Positions 1 through 11,563 of a DNA stretch of 64,000 nt are shown here, in pieces (positions within the stretch are counted from its first letter, which is position 1; the number at the start of each line of letters is the position of its first letter). The translations under genes and the position numbers were made by a program. Source of the DNA: Macrostomum lignano. Taxonomy: Eukaryota. A model generated the notes under the pieces. It was given only the letters and a program-made list of their open reading frames with translations, had not been told where the DNA came from and searched no databases. The DNA is taken from contig NIVC01000312.1 in the NCBI GenBank assembly GCA_002269645.1, positions 248,001 to 312,000 on the forward strand. The letters run 5' to 3'.

Positions 1-591
1 TAATCAGACGTAATTAGACTTAATTAGGCTATTAGTTCAAGGAGCTTAGATCGACTTGCCGTCAATTGGTGATTCGCGACGGAAATTCGTCAGGAAAGTC
101 AGACAGAGAGGACCTGCATGGAACTCCACCCCGAAACCATTTCCTGTATTCAAGAGGACGACTTAAAAATCTTTGTCTTTTAATTGCATTAGCTGAAAAA
201 CTGCAGTCGCCAGTTTGCAAGCACTCTTAGCCGGGAAAAATCGAGTCAGGCCCTCAAGTTTCTTGTTCAAACAGGACAAAACTAAGTCCTATTCAAAAGG
301 CTTTTCTCACACGCATCTTCTCCCACCTCAAGTACCTCTTCTATTTCATTTCCTTTCTCCCATATCTGGCTAATTCCCTTCTTACTTCGGGAAAACTTAA
401 GTGCCAATAAGAACGACTGTCCGTCAATCTTCGAATTGCATTTTGTAGAACCAGGAAATGAATGCTATCTGAAAGGAGTACATTTAGAAATTCTTTATGT
501 AATCCACTTTGTCTGTGCGCCTCGTCTATTCCCCCAGTGTTAAATGAGCATTGATAATCAGTACGAGTAGCGTAACTCTGCTACCATAGAC

Positions 592-2578
592 CACAGATAC
601 TAAATACCATAGATGGTTCACTCAGCACTATCTTTATGTGTCAGTTTGACTTGCTACTCTCTGTCCAGTGGCATAAGCGCATATTTGCTCTATTTTTTGT
701 TTTTTTTAGGAAATGATGGGCTATAGCTCGGTCCGTGTCACACACGCACAACTTTGCAGCTTTCAATTCTTTTATCTATGGCCAAGCTTGGCAGTGAATC
801 GAAATTCTCAGGCGTAAAACACTCGGTCAAAATCTGCTCCCTACCCAAAAAACGTAGTCTTGGCCATAGAAAGCCAAAGAAATCGATTGACTTCGTTTTT
901 AGCTAGCAGTCAAATGCTACGAGGGAGTTTAAATGAAAGGCAGGACGGACGGAGAAAGGAAAGATTTTATACTTCGCACTTTGAGGCTTACCAGCAAACA
1001 GAGCAAGACTGACACAACACCAGCAACATTTTGTGCGATCACCAGACTGGCATGGAATTCAGCTTAAAGTGCTGCTGTGGCAGCCATACAGCGCAATCTC
1101 TAACGGACGAAGGATCGTGGCTGTGCGAATGCGAATCGATGGCGGCAGGTGCTGGAAATCGACTTGGACATCGTCGATATAAGCATCGGAGCCATTCACA
1201 AGATGGGATTGCGAGTGTGCAGTGTGCATTTTACTGACAATGAGTACAGCCGTCCTTCTTTGCGATATGAAGATACAACACGTTTGCGGTGGAATGCCGT
1301 TCCAGACAGGGAGCTGCTCTACCCTGGCTCATTCCTCATTTAGTTGTTCGCAGTGACGAAGAAGCTGACAACGTGAGCTGCAGCCATTCATGTTTCAATA
1401 CCACTGATGATGAGCCGCCACAGGCCGGAAAGCAGCAAGCGATGTGAACGGCCAACAGCTCAGCTAAGGTCATGCCGAACAACGAAGCAATAACAGCATC
1501 GCTCAGCTGCGCAGCACAACGGTTTTAACGACCGACCAGAACTCAGCTCCTTCGTCGGTGCCCTGCGGTCCGTGGCTGCCAGTGGCCTGACTCGACATCC
1601 CGCAACTGCGAAGACGACAACTGCGATGCTGCTATCACAGCAGCCTGCGCCACCACCGGTGCCGGAGACTGTGTAACTACCAAAGTGGGTCTACCGAACT
1701 CAAGCAGTGTTGCACGCCAGGCACCATTGCAGCAGCTGCTTCACGAAAAGCTGGACTCCTTGCAGAATACCAGTGCAGCAATGCCTCGCTGGAAGCTGCT
1801 GAGTACGTTGGCGGGTATGTGCTAAAGCGAAGCCGAGTTCTTCACTGTCAGCTGTGCAACTCTTTGCTTACAACATCCGCACCTGCGGGGGTTCACATCC
1901 AGCACAAGACCTACTCGCATGCATCCCGCGGGTTTGCTGCGCCCTCGCCGGTGGCGCTTGTTGCATTTTTGAAGATGGAAGCCGAGTTCGCAGCCCTGAC
2001 ACCCAACTTCATAATCCAACCGTGTGGCAGCTCGGTTTGTGGACCACCTTCGGACATAATTAATAGCACTACCTGTCTGCGAGCTGCATCACACGCGGGT
2101 GCTCAGTCAAGTTCTTAGAACTTTGCTCACCTACCATAGGTGCCGTCAGAAAATGAAGAATATGGGTGCAGTGGCTCAGAAAATTAAAGACTGCGCAAAA
2201 TTAGCAAGCTAAACTGACTTTGTCTCACTAGTAGTATAACTCAAGAACTTTATATTCTTTTTGCTGCGTTACATGGATGCAAATATAATTTCATTGTATT
2301 ATAAATTTTCCCCACTTTTTTTCCTTTTTCTCACTTGCAATGCAAAAAATATTGCTTGAATGTTTGCCAAAAGAATAAAAATAGAATCACTAAGTATACC
2401 AGAAGCAATAAAAGTTTGACTTATGATTGCGTAGACAACGTCAGTTATTTGTAATTTCGTCTAATTATTCACAGCTAGATGAATAAATAACTATTGAATT
2501 TTACGATCATACTACCGAACAGAGAGTAGTTTTGCTAAATATACTCAAGTGAACCATATATGGTATTTAGTATCTGTG
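592..2578 (+). mobile_element. Internally deleted P-family (THAP9-like) DNA transposon, 1987 bp
   Basis: 31-bp TIRs CACAGATACTAAATACCATAGATGGTTCACT (592-622) and inverse (2548-2578), 1 mismatch. Perfect 8-bp TSD CCATAGAC (584-591, 2579-2586). Internal coding remnants broken by stops and frameshifts: THAP motifs (RVCSVHF...RLRWNAVP, ~1210-1310), HNGFNDRPELSSFVGALRS..NCEDD (~1520-1620), and C-terminal EYVGGYVLKR..CQLC..GFAAPS (~1800-1950). Confidence 0.9.
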
Positions 2579-3100
2579 CCATAGACAAACCAACGAGATG
2601 GATAGACATGGATAGCGGAGATAACCCATTATAGTTAGCCTAGGCGTGTTGAAACGGGGTGAAACGCACAGGATCCCGCCCGCTGCCATAATCTATGGCC
2701 AACTCCTCAATAAGTAATAAAAATCGTATGCATATAAGTATCTAGTTAATGTTTCTACAACTTGTGATATTTTTAAAGTAAAGCTTAGTGCTGCTGCTTA
2801 ATAATTCTTAGTATCAGTCACTATTTTTTTCAATTTGCAAAATAAGGAGTTTTGGCCATAGACATTTTTTGGATTTCATTATTTCTTTCTTTGTCTTGTG
2901 TGCTGGTGTGCTAATGTGGGGCTCCGCCCCCACACCCCCGCAAGGGGGCTCTGCGCCCTCTTGACCCCGCTTTTTCTGACTTTGCCATAGACATTTTCAG
3001 CGGGCCGTGAAACCGACTGAATGCATTGAAGTAAATGGGATTTTACCATAGACAGTCTCAGCGGCCCGTGAAACGCGGTTTCACGCCCGCTAACTATCAC

Positions 3101-3207
3101 ACTAATATGGATGGGCTGCAGAGGGCAGAAACGAGCTAACACTCCTCGGCGCTACGCGCCTCGGCGTTACAGCTCATTTCTGCCCTCTGCAGCCCATCAA
3201 TATTGGT
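3101..3207. repeat. Long hairpin / inverted repeat (~37-bp arms) in a cluster of CCATAGAC-containing repeats
   Basis: AATATGGATGGGCTGCAGAGGGCAGAAACGAGCT pairs with AGCTCATTTCTGCCCTCTGCAGCCCATCAATATT with 2 mismatches, around a ~33-nt loop. Confidence 0.8.
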
Positions 3208-4159
3208 ATATTATCTCCGCCGGAGTCGCACATGCCGTGGATTAAATTGAACTTTGGAGTTTTTATTTCATTGCTTCATAAGTGCTGCCATTTGACTTAG
3301 ACCATAGGCTTTGTTACATAGTCACGCTGTCTATGGTAAGAGAACGGCCTGTTCTCCACTTCAGTTCTGGGCTACGGTGACAAGTCTACCGTAGCCCATT
3401 TATTAAAAAGTTAATGTAGCTGTTAACGTAAGCATGTGCATTTTTAAAGTGCAGCCGCTTTCCTTTCCCTGGGAAAGAGGGAAAGACATGCGCTGCGATT
3501 GCAGCCCTGGTGCATCAATGAGATGATGCTGTAATATATATATTTTCAGCTTTTTGCAATATTCACTGATATGATCTGAATCCTCTGACTGCTGTCCTCT
3601 GACTGCTGACTCCTCTGACCTCAAACCAGGGGTCACGGCGCGAGTCAGTTGCGTTTACCCCTGAGCTGCTTAAACCACATTAATCTTACCTTGAATTTGA
3701 AATCACGGACGGGATCCACACCACTGAGAGGCTATGTTACACACTGACATTCAAGGTGCTTTAAAATTAATTCATCATAACTATAATATTTCAGATCCCT
3801 GGCAATCACTCGACCTCTGTCGGCTTTGAAAAGTTCTCGACCAAGCCGAGCGCCAAAGATTGGCTTGCTTGTCATCTGGGTGCTGGCAGGTGAGATATGA
3901 AGAAATGTCAAACTGATCATAAACTGCAGATTTGCCAAGCTAAAAGTGACCCTGGGATTTCAGTTTATCTACGGCACAGCTTCGTATTTGATGCAACTTT
4001 TATATAATCGTAGGTATGGAAATTATCAGATGAAGAATATTTTATCAGTTCAAAGTTTTCTACTTTGCTACTTCTAGGACAAGGGTCGGCCACATGCGGC
4101 CGGCAAAGATTCTTTATCCAGCCCTCGGGTCCTTTGAAACTTCTCTGCTCTCCTCTCCT

Positions 4160-5130
4160 CTCGCTTCTCTATGGTCGATCTCTCCTCTCTCTAGCTCCTC
4201 GCTTCTCTATGGTCGATCTCTCCTCTCTCTAGCTCCTCGCTTCTCTATGGTCGATCTCTCCTCTCTCTAGCTCCTCGCTTCTCTATGGTCGATCTCTCCT
4301 CTCTCTAGCTCCTCGCTTCTCTATGGTCGATCTCTCCTCTCTCTAGCTCCTCGCTTCTCTATGGTCGATCTCTCCTCTCTCTAGCTCCTCGCTTCTCTAT
4401 GGTCGATCTCTCCTCTCTCTAGCTCCTCGCTTCTCTATGGTCGATCTCTCCTCTCTCTAGCTCCTCGCTTCTCTATGGTCGATCTCTCCTCTCTCTAGCT
4501 CCTCGCTTCTCTATGGTCGATCTCTCCTCTCTCTAGCTCCTCGCTTCTCTATGGTCGATCTCTCCTCTCTCTAGCTCCTCGCTTCTCTATGGTCGATCTC
4601 TCCTCTCTCTAGCTCCTCGCTTCTCTATGGTCGATCTCTCCTCTCTCTAGCTCCTCGCTTCTCTATGGTCGATCTCTCCTCTCTCTAGCTCCTCGCTTCT
4701 CTATGGTCGATCTCTCCTCTCTCTAGCTCCTCGCTTCTCTATGGTCGATCTCTCCTCTCTCTAGCTCCTCGCTTCTCTATGGTCGATCTCTCCTCTCTCT
4801 AGCTCCTCGCTTCTCTATGGTCGATCTCTCCTCTCTCTAGCTCCTCGCTTCTCTATGGTCGATCTCTCCTCTCTCTAGCTCATCGCTTCTCCATACTCTA
4901 CTCTCTCCTCTCTCTAGCTCCTCGCTTCTCCATACTCTACTCTCTCCTCTCTCTAGCTCCTCGCCTCTCCATACTCTACTCTCTCCTCTTTCCTCTCCTC
5001 TTTGCTATCTCTTCTCGCCTCTCTTCTCCTCTCTCTCCTTTATCTTATCTCTTCTCTCTTCTATATCCTCTCTCTCATCTATGGTCGATCTCTCCTCTCT
5101 CCTAGCTTCTCGCTTCTCCATCCTCTACTC
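4160..5130. repeat. 38-bp minisatellite (~19 near-perfect units) decaying into a CT-rich tract
   Basis: Unit GCTTCTCTATGGTCGATCTCTCCTCTCTCTAGCTCCTC. Preceded at ~4079-4130 by a hAT/Charlie-like end (CAAGGGTCGGCCACATGCGGCCGGC). Confidence 0.95.
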
Positions 5131-5306
5131 CTCTATAAATGTTCGTCCTTACAGGCTCCAAGCTTATCTAAAAAACTGAGTGTACAGCGTCCTTCAGCTT
5201 CATACTTTGTTCATGCACCAAGTTTTTGAATACTTGTATATAGTACTCAGTCATTGGCTTGCTACAAAGAACTCAATATAAATGTCCCATATTCTCACCT
5301 GCGCAG

Positions 5307-6752
5307 CTCTACTCTCAATTCCTTGGACTCTGGGAGCGCACATTGTGGAGAAACGAATGCCTGTGGCAATGTCTCAACTACCGGCTGGCAACTGGAGCGA
5401 CTCGCCTGTCGTCAACATCACCGGTTGCGTGTCAATCCGCAGCTGCTTCCCGTTCCCAGACGCTTGGGGCGCCGGCTACCAGACCGGCATGCTGATCGGC
5501 AAGCTGCTGACCTACTACCTGATCCCCGGGCTGCTCATCGCCCTGTTCTACGGCAAGATGGCCGGTTATTTAATCCGCAGCGCCGGCAACAGAACCGACG
5601 GAACGGCCGCAGCGAACGCGGCCGCGGCTGCTACCACTAGCGCCACTGCGGCACTGGAAGGTCGCAGGAAACTGGCCAAGCTGTCGCTGTGCCTGGCGCT
5701 GGTGTTCTTCGTAGCCTGGGGCCCCGACTACCTGGTGATGCTGCACTTCTTCTTCTGGGCAGATCGGGTTAGCGCGCAGTTTCTTCGGTTCAAAATGGTG
5801 GCCAAGGTGAGTATAGTTTGGTTCGCGAGATGACAAAAGGTTGAAGATGTTTCAGGAGACTCAATTAACGAAATGAAGAGCGGCCGTGTCCATTACGAGT
5901 ATCAAAGCTTTGTTTTGGTTTTTTGGTTCAATCAGCCTAATAGAGTTTTAGAAAGGATTTTCGACGATTGCGCACTCTGCCACGATCGAGTAGGGTATTC
6001 GGCAGTAAAACTGCCGCTCTGACACGGACGTGTACACTGTACAACATTACCACGTCAGTCGACTCACTGCGATGTAACCTGACGTCAATTATAGACGCCC
6101 TTTTAAAGGGCGAAAAGGTTATGGTTAAAAGTCAACATAATGCAAAATAAAAATAATCGTCTACCTCCATCGACTTTGAGGACGTCCGAAGCACTTCACT
6201 TTCCGAACTGCGTGTAATATAGCATCAGCATTCCCTTACGTTGCCACTCGCTTTGAACTGCTTTGAGATGATGCAAACTTACTAACCACAACTAATTAAG
6301 CTGAACTTGTTGCATCACTAAGAGTAAATGCGTTTGACGAAGTTCATACAGAGTTTGTCTAATTAGAGGTTAACTTCGGCTCGTACAGGCACTCTAACTG
6401 AAAATTGTAAAGTTAGTTCAAATACATGTAATCTGAACTACTAGCAGTAGCTAATGAAATAAAAAATGAAAACTAATTGCAGTTGCTGCCCTCGGCCTAT
6501 TCCGCCAGCAATCCAGTCACCCTGTGCATTATCAGCCGACGCTTTCGGCGCCACCTAATCAGCGCCCTGACGTGCGCGCGCTTCGGCGACGCCTCGGAAT
6601 CGGAGACGGCCGATGGGCTTCGCCAGCAGCTGCTGCGGCATCGGCTGCAGGAGCAGCAACAGCGACTGCTGCTGATGCAGCGGGCGAGAGAGCGTCAGAG
6701 GTCGTTAGGCGCGGCAATCGCCGCAGCTGCGGAAGACCAGACATTGGTCTAA
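5307..6752 (+). CDS. Class A neuropeptide GPCR (CCHamide/bombesin-receptor-like), last two coding exons 5307-5806 and 6483-6752; 5' exons not identified
   Basis: TM4 ALLSIP, TM5 YYLIPGLLIALFYGKMA, TM6 RRKLAKLSLCLALVFFVAWGP, TM7 SNPVTLCIISRRFRRH. Donor AAG|GTGAGT at 5806 and acceptor TTGCAG| at 6482 are phase 0-compatible. Confidence 0.85.
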
Positions 6753-7282
6753 ATCTTGATGGAAGAAAATTCTGCATAACGTTACGTAACTAAGCGGCTA
6801 GAACATTGTGAAACTTTGTCAGTTTTAAAAGCGCCGTTTAGTTGGATCGTCAGTGTGTACTCATAAGTTATGTATAAACGAATTACAAATACTGTAAATT
6901 AATAGGGTATGTAAACTACAGGATCACAAATTTTGTAAACTTTAGTGTGTACACCTGTACAGAAAATCCGACGTTGACCCAAAGTCTGTCGACGTCGCTG
7001 TATATTTCGTAATTGGTACTTCTGACGTATACAGTACGAGACGGCCCCGTTATCAGTCGGTGTAATGTTACAATACGGTCATATAAATTGCCATCGTAGT
7101 CCATCGCGACGTCATGGTCACATACACGTACATGTCAAGGACGCTGCAGTACAACAGGACGTACTCGTATACTCAAGGATCGTGTAATTTTTGGAGGCCG
7201 ATTTCCAGAAAGAAATACACTGCGAAGATACAAAAACTTCATTTTTCATCACAAAATCTATTATTGCATTTTATCTGGGCAG

Positions 7283-8394
7283 TTAAACCAGTGCGACGAA
7301 GTCAAGGCAGTTGGCACGAGAGGCGCAGGTTCGAGCCAATTTGCAGCTCGATCGAAAGCATCCCCGGCGATTAAAGTGCAAGCAGATCTCTTCCCCATCT
7401 GGCGTCCTGAGGCTCTTGGGGTCTATTGATTTTTGAAAACGCTGCTGCCGTGGCTGGGGCAAAGGCTTGCTGACTCCATGGTTTGCCGGAGTTCCAGTTC
7501 TGATTACGTGCTTATAGCAACGAGTTGGAAAGACTCCTTGCCCCATCGCATGCCAGTTTCAGCTTGCCTAGTGCGGTAGTCTTCGTCAAAACGGTTCACC
7601 TGCGCAAGGCCGAAGCCCGCGTCAAACAGCTCGCCAATCTGTATTGAGTAGCGTAGGTAATTTATCAGATCAGTCGTGTCGGCAGTTCCATTTCTACTAG
7701 TCACCTGCAGGGCACCAGCCTGATCATCTGCATCATCAAGCTGCAATTGCCTACCAGATACTGCACTGCTGTGATGCTATCTGGATTAGGTTTTCTGCTC
7801 TTGTATGTGATTCGGCCACCAGAACCATTAGCCAGCACCTCTTCCTGCTCAAAGCCGTCGAGGAAATCACGAATCAGGAGAGCCTTACGCCTACCAGAAC
7901 ACTCCATCCGTTCATTGGCCCTGTTCTGTGACAACAATCTATCAAGCAGCTCAATTGCTGCATTATCTTCCTGGTCTAATCCAGCATCATCACACTCATC
8001 AGGAAAGGGGCCAGCAGGCTTGGCACACTCACCGCGATTCATAGGGCGCGTGGATGGACACTCGCGCTGCAGATCTCCGATCTCCCTCTTGAGTTGAGCG
8101 GCTTCCTTGCGTAGCTGCTACAGTCTGATCTACTTCTCCGCTTTCGCGATGTCCTCGTCCAGGCCCGCCGCCGACTCCCGAGTCGCTTTCGTACTGATGT
8201 TGTCGTCTGCTTCGGCTTCTTGCTCAGATTGCTCCATGTTCTGCAACAGCGAATCTGTCCACGACTGGTCTGGGGCTGTGAGCAAGGCGCTGATTAGGTC
8301 GGCTTTTTGCCCCGACTGCTTATACGTTAGAGTGGGCACACAAGGCCTGCAGAGCCACCTTGCTCAGGTGTATGAGTTTCTCGCGGTCAGCCAT
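7283..8394 (-). mobile_element. Degenerate gag-like ORF1 of a DIRS/Ngaro-type retrotransposon (frameshifted)
   Basis: N-terminal SAP-like segment (LSKVALQALC...GQKADLISALL), then LIRDFL..EQEEVL, ITAVQYLVGN, VNRFDEDYRTRQAETGMRWG and a C-terminal CCCH-like finger (EICLHFNRRGCFRSSC). Pieces lie in several frames. No RT or recombinase follows. Confidence 0.65.
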
Positions 8395-8479
8395 TGCAAA
8401 AAAATCTATACGCGATTGGCGGTCCAGCGACAGCCCGTTTTGCATTAAAATACCACCAAAACGGGGGGGGCACGTGACC

Positions 8480-9075
8480 TAAGCCCTAGTACGACTCGGC
8501 GCGGATGATGTGGGCTGGAGTCGCCGACGGCGCAACAGTTCTCGCTTGGACGGACCATGCCGGCGCGGTGATACAAATTAAAGCCGCGTTGGTCCCTCGC
8601 TCGTAGCCGATCTTGAGGGCGGCGCGCAGCAGGCCAGCGTGCGCCGCGTCAACTTGTTGCTCGAGCGACTCCGTCAGTGTCCATGTCTCAGCGTTGTACA
8701 GCAGGACGGTCTCGATCACCGCCTGGAACAACGCCGCCCTCTGGCCGTCAGGTAAGGCCTAGGACTGGAGGACTGCCCTCACAGAACGAAAGGCAGCCCA
8801 GGCAAGCCCGCGGCGACGCCGCAAATCCTCGCGGACGCCGGGAACCAGACCGCTGAGTTAGACGAACTGCTGACAACGCGGATCGAGCTCTGTCGCCAGT
8901 CCATCAGCAACAGCAACTAGCTTGTCCAGTTGTCGCTGGGCGCCCTCGACAGTTGAGGACAGCAGGGCGAGATCGTCGGCATAGCCAAGCTCGCTGAGCT
9001 GCCTCTCCGGTTGACGTCGACCCACGCGTCGCCGCAAAAAAGCCGTCGTCGTTGGTAGAAGAGCGGTCCGTAGCA
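8480..9075 (-). mobile_element. 5'-truncated non-LTR retrotransposon RT fragment (RTE-like)
   Basis: LGYADDLALLS RT motif, REDLRRRRGLAWAAF, LFQAVIETVLLYNAETWTLT; in-frame stops present. Confidence 0.85.
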
Positions 9076-10209
9076 CCCAGTCAGAAACTAGAAACATAAT
9101 ATGCATTAAAATGAAACTATGCCTAAATAGCTTAAGAGTACCTGAATGCAACACTTTATTACAAATATACTTGATTTAAGAAGGAACAAAATAAAATGTA
9201 AAGCAAATGGCACATGTGATTATTATTTATGCAAGTTCATGGGCTTATGAAATAAAGCGAAAATGAAACTTCCACTACACAGCGGTATAGAATAACAGAG
9301 TAACATGCTGTGCATGGTAACCTAAATGAATGGTAAACTTTACTGTCCCGATCAAAATGAAAAACTGTAGATTTTTCCTATCTCCGCAATGTATTTTTCC
9401 AGGAAACTGGCCTCGAAAAAATAAAACGATCGTAGAGTTTTACGTCCTACTACTACTAAATACAGTGGTACTTGGTACATGCAGTACGCTGGCCTTTTTG
9501 AATCCCCAGACTTCCGAATTAACAAATTGAGCCAAGTGCTCAGATCCATTCTGTCAGAATTTTATTCGCAAGTTGATTTGCACTGTAGATTAAGTACCAG
9601 TTGCGCTGTTAAGGTTTGTTGAATATTGGGTAATATTCAAATTTAAAATATCGAAAATCACTTGAACAATTCGGGCGGAGAAAATCCAATCAATGTCTGA
9701 TTGTTGTAATTACGCTCGTAAATTATACAACACGATAAAGTTGTTCGGACGTTGTTTAAATCTAACTGTAGTTAGCCATAATCAATAAAGTATATACAAT
9801 AGCAGCGAAAGCTAGATTTCAAGTATATTTACAAATGCACAAGTGGATGAAAATCGACGTTTACTTGGCGCACTAATATAAAGCCATAAGATACTGGAAT
9901 ATAAATTTTACTTTTCACAGCTTAAAACGTTAAAATACGCGGACATAGACTGCAGAATACAACAGAATACAACAGTAGAATACAACTTTCATTTTTCATT
10001 TGAACAAAGAATTGAACAAAGAACAAAGGACAAAGAATCAAAGTAACGACAGAACCGCAAGCGGGTGTGACATGGAAGCTTAAGGACAGAAGCACATTAA
10101 AAACGGTAGGAAAAAACAGCAAAATGCACTTTAATATGCTCAAGTAATGTCCACTACCGTCAAATTCTGCCTGAGGCGGTAGCTACTTATTCATCACAAA
10201 AAATCACAT

Positions 10210-11563
10210 TTAAATTTTCCCGGCGCCCCAGCTCTGCGCGTGAAATTGCAACACAAAAGCAACGCTTCGGTGGCGCACTCGACAGGCCGACAATTCGGCG
10301 TCAGTCATCCGGTTAAGATCGCGACAGGGGCCGGCCTCGCCACCTAGACCGGCGTCCCAAGAGAATGGATTAAATTGGTCCGCTGGAAATAGACACACCT
10401 GGCCGTGTTCAGCATCCGTATCGCTGGCTTTTCCATAGCGCTCTAGCGCGTACATGAGCAGCTGCGGCCCGGTGGTCAGGTCGACCGTCTCCTGGACGGT
10501 GACACCAACCAGACGGGCCCGCTCAGCCATCGCCTCCAGCACCGTTAGCCAGAACGGGTGACCCCGACGACGGGCGAACATCAGCGAGTTCTCTACGTAG
10601 GGCCGTCGGCCTGGACGGCCGCTCCGTCGCATACTGATGAGTAGGACGCCGCAGTTGCTGAGCGACTGATAATCGGCGATGCTCTTGTTGATTCGGCTAG
10701 CAGCCTGGCGTGTGTGCGAGTAGTTGAATGGCTAGAAATGAAACCGGATTTTGTGCGATCCACTTCAACCAGTGGCGTACGGAGGAATTTTTTATTAGAG
10801 AAGGGCAGGCCTTGTCTCTTTGGAGGGCGCCCCTGTCTCTTGGAGGGCGTCACTGTCTCTTGGAGGGCGCCCCTGTCTTTTGGTGGGCGCCCCTGTCTCT
10901 CGGTAGGCGTCCCTGCCTCTTGGTGGGCGCCCTGTCTCTTGGTAGGCGTCCCTGCCTCTTGGTGGGCGCCCCTGTCTCTTAGTTGGCGCCCGTCTCTTGG
11001 TGGACAACCAAGAAAAATTATATGGTGACAAATTACTTCTGTGTACAAGACGTACATAGCGCCGGGCGAATTGTAAATCGTGTCAATGTACTTTTAGATC
11101 CACACACCTGGCTAAACAGGACATGCTCGAATGGCTGCAGGCACTCGTTGTCCAGGTCAGTGTATAGACCGCCGTAGTGGTACAGGTAAAGGTAGCGCAC
11201 AGAGTCAGCTCTTTGAATGCTCTGAGTGTAACGCAGATAGTGATCAAGGAAGTCTGGCGCCTTGTCGCGTACAAGCAGCAGGTTGTCCTCATCTGACCAG
11301 AACCAATGGTGCCAGGCTGGGAAGCAGGACAACCAGCTAGCGCGCCAGGCCGCAAATCTGTTAGGGATTTGGTCGGCATTGCGCCACGACTGGTGAACAA
11401 TGTGGGCGACTGGCCCAGCAGTTGGGGGAATGAAATCAGCTAGTTGCTGCGGCTGGAGTAGCGGCTTTCTTTGATGTTGGGACTGCACCAACAGCAGGAA
11501 TATCAGGGTGAAAGCAACCATACCTGCCACTAGTAGACTGAAGAGCTGGTGGCGACATGGCAT
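10210..11563 (-). CDS. Glycosyltransferase family 32 (DXD), SUR1/CSH1/OCH1-like type II membrane protein; exons 11563-11108 and 10704-10210
   Basis: N-terminal TM, HIVHQSW..IP, QRADSVRYLYLYHYGGLYTDLD (DXD), ENSLMF..GHPFW, TTGP, FHAQSW. Donor CAG|GTGTGT and acceptor CCAG| are phase 0; an in-frame alternative acceptor lies 27 nt upstream. Confidence 0.9.
10810..11000. repeat. 20-bp GGCGCCCCTGTCTCTTGGTG minisatellite in the GT32 intron
   Basis: Same unit as the 29455-30490 array; preceded by CAGTGGCGTACGGAGG at ~10770. Confidence 0.9.
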
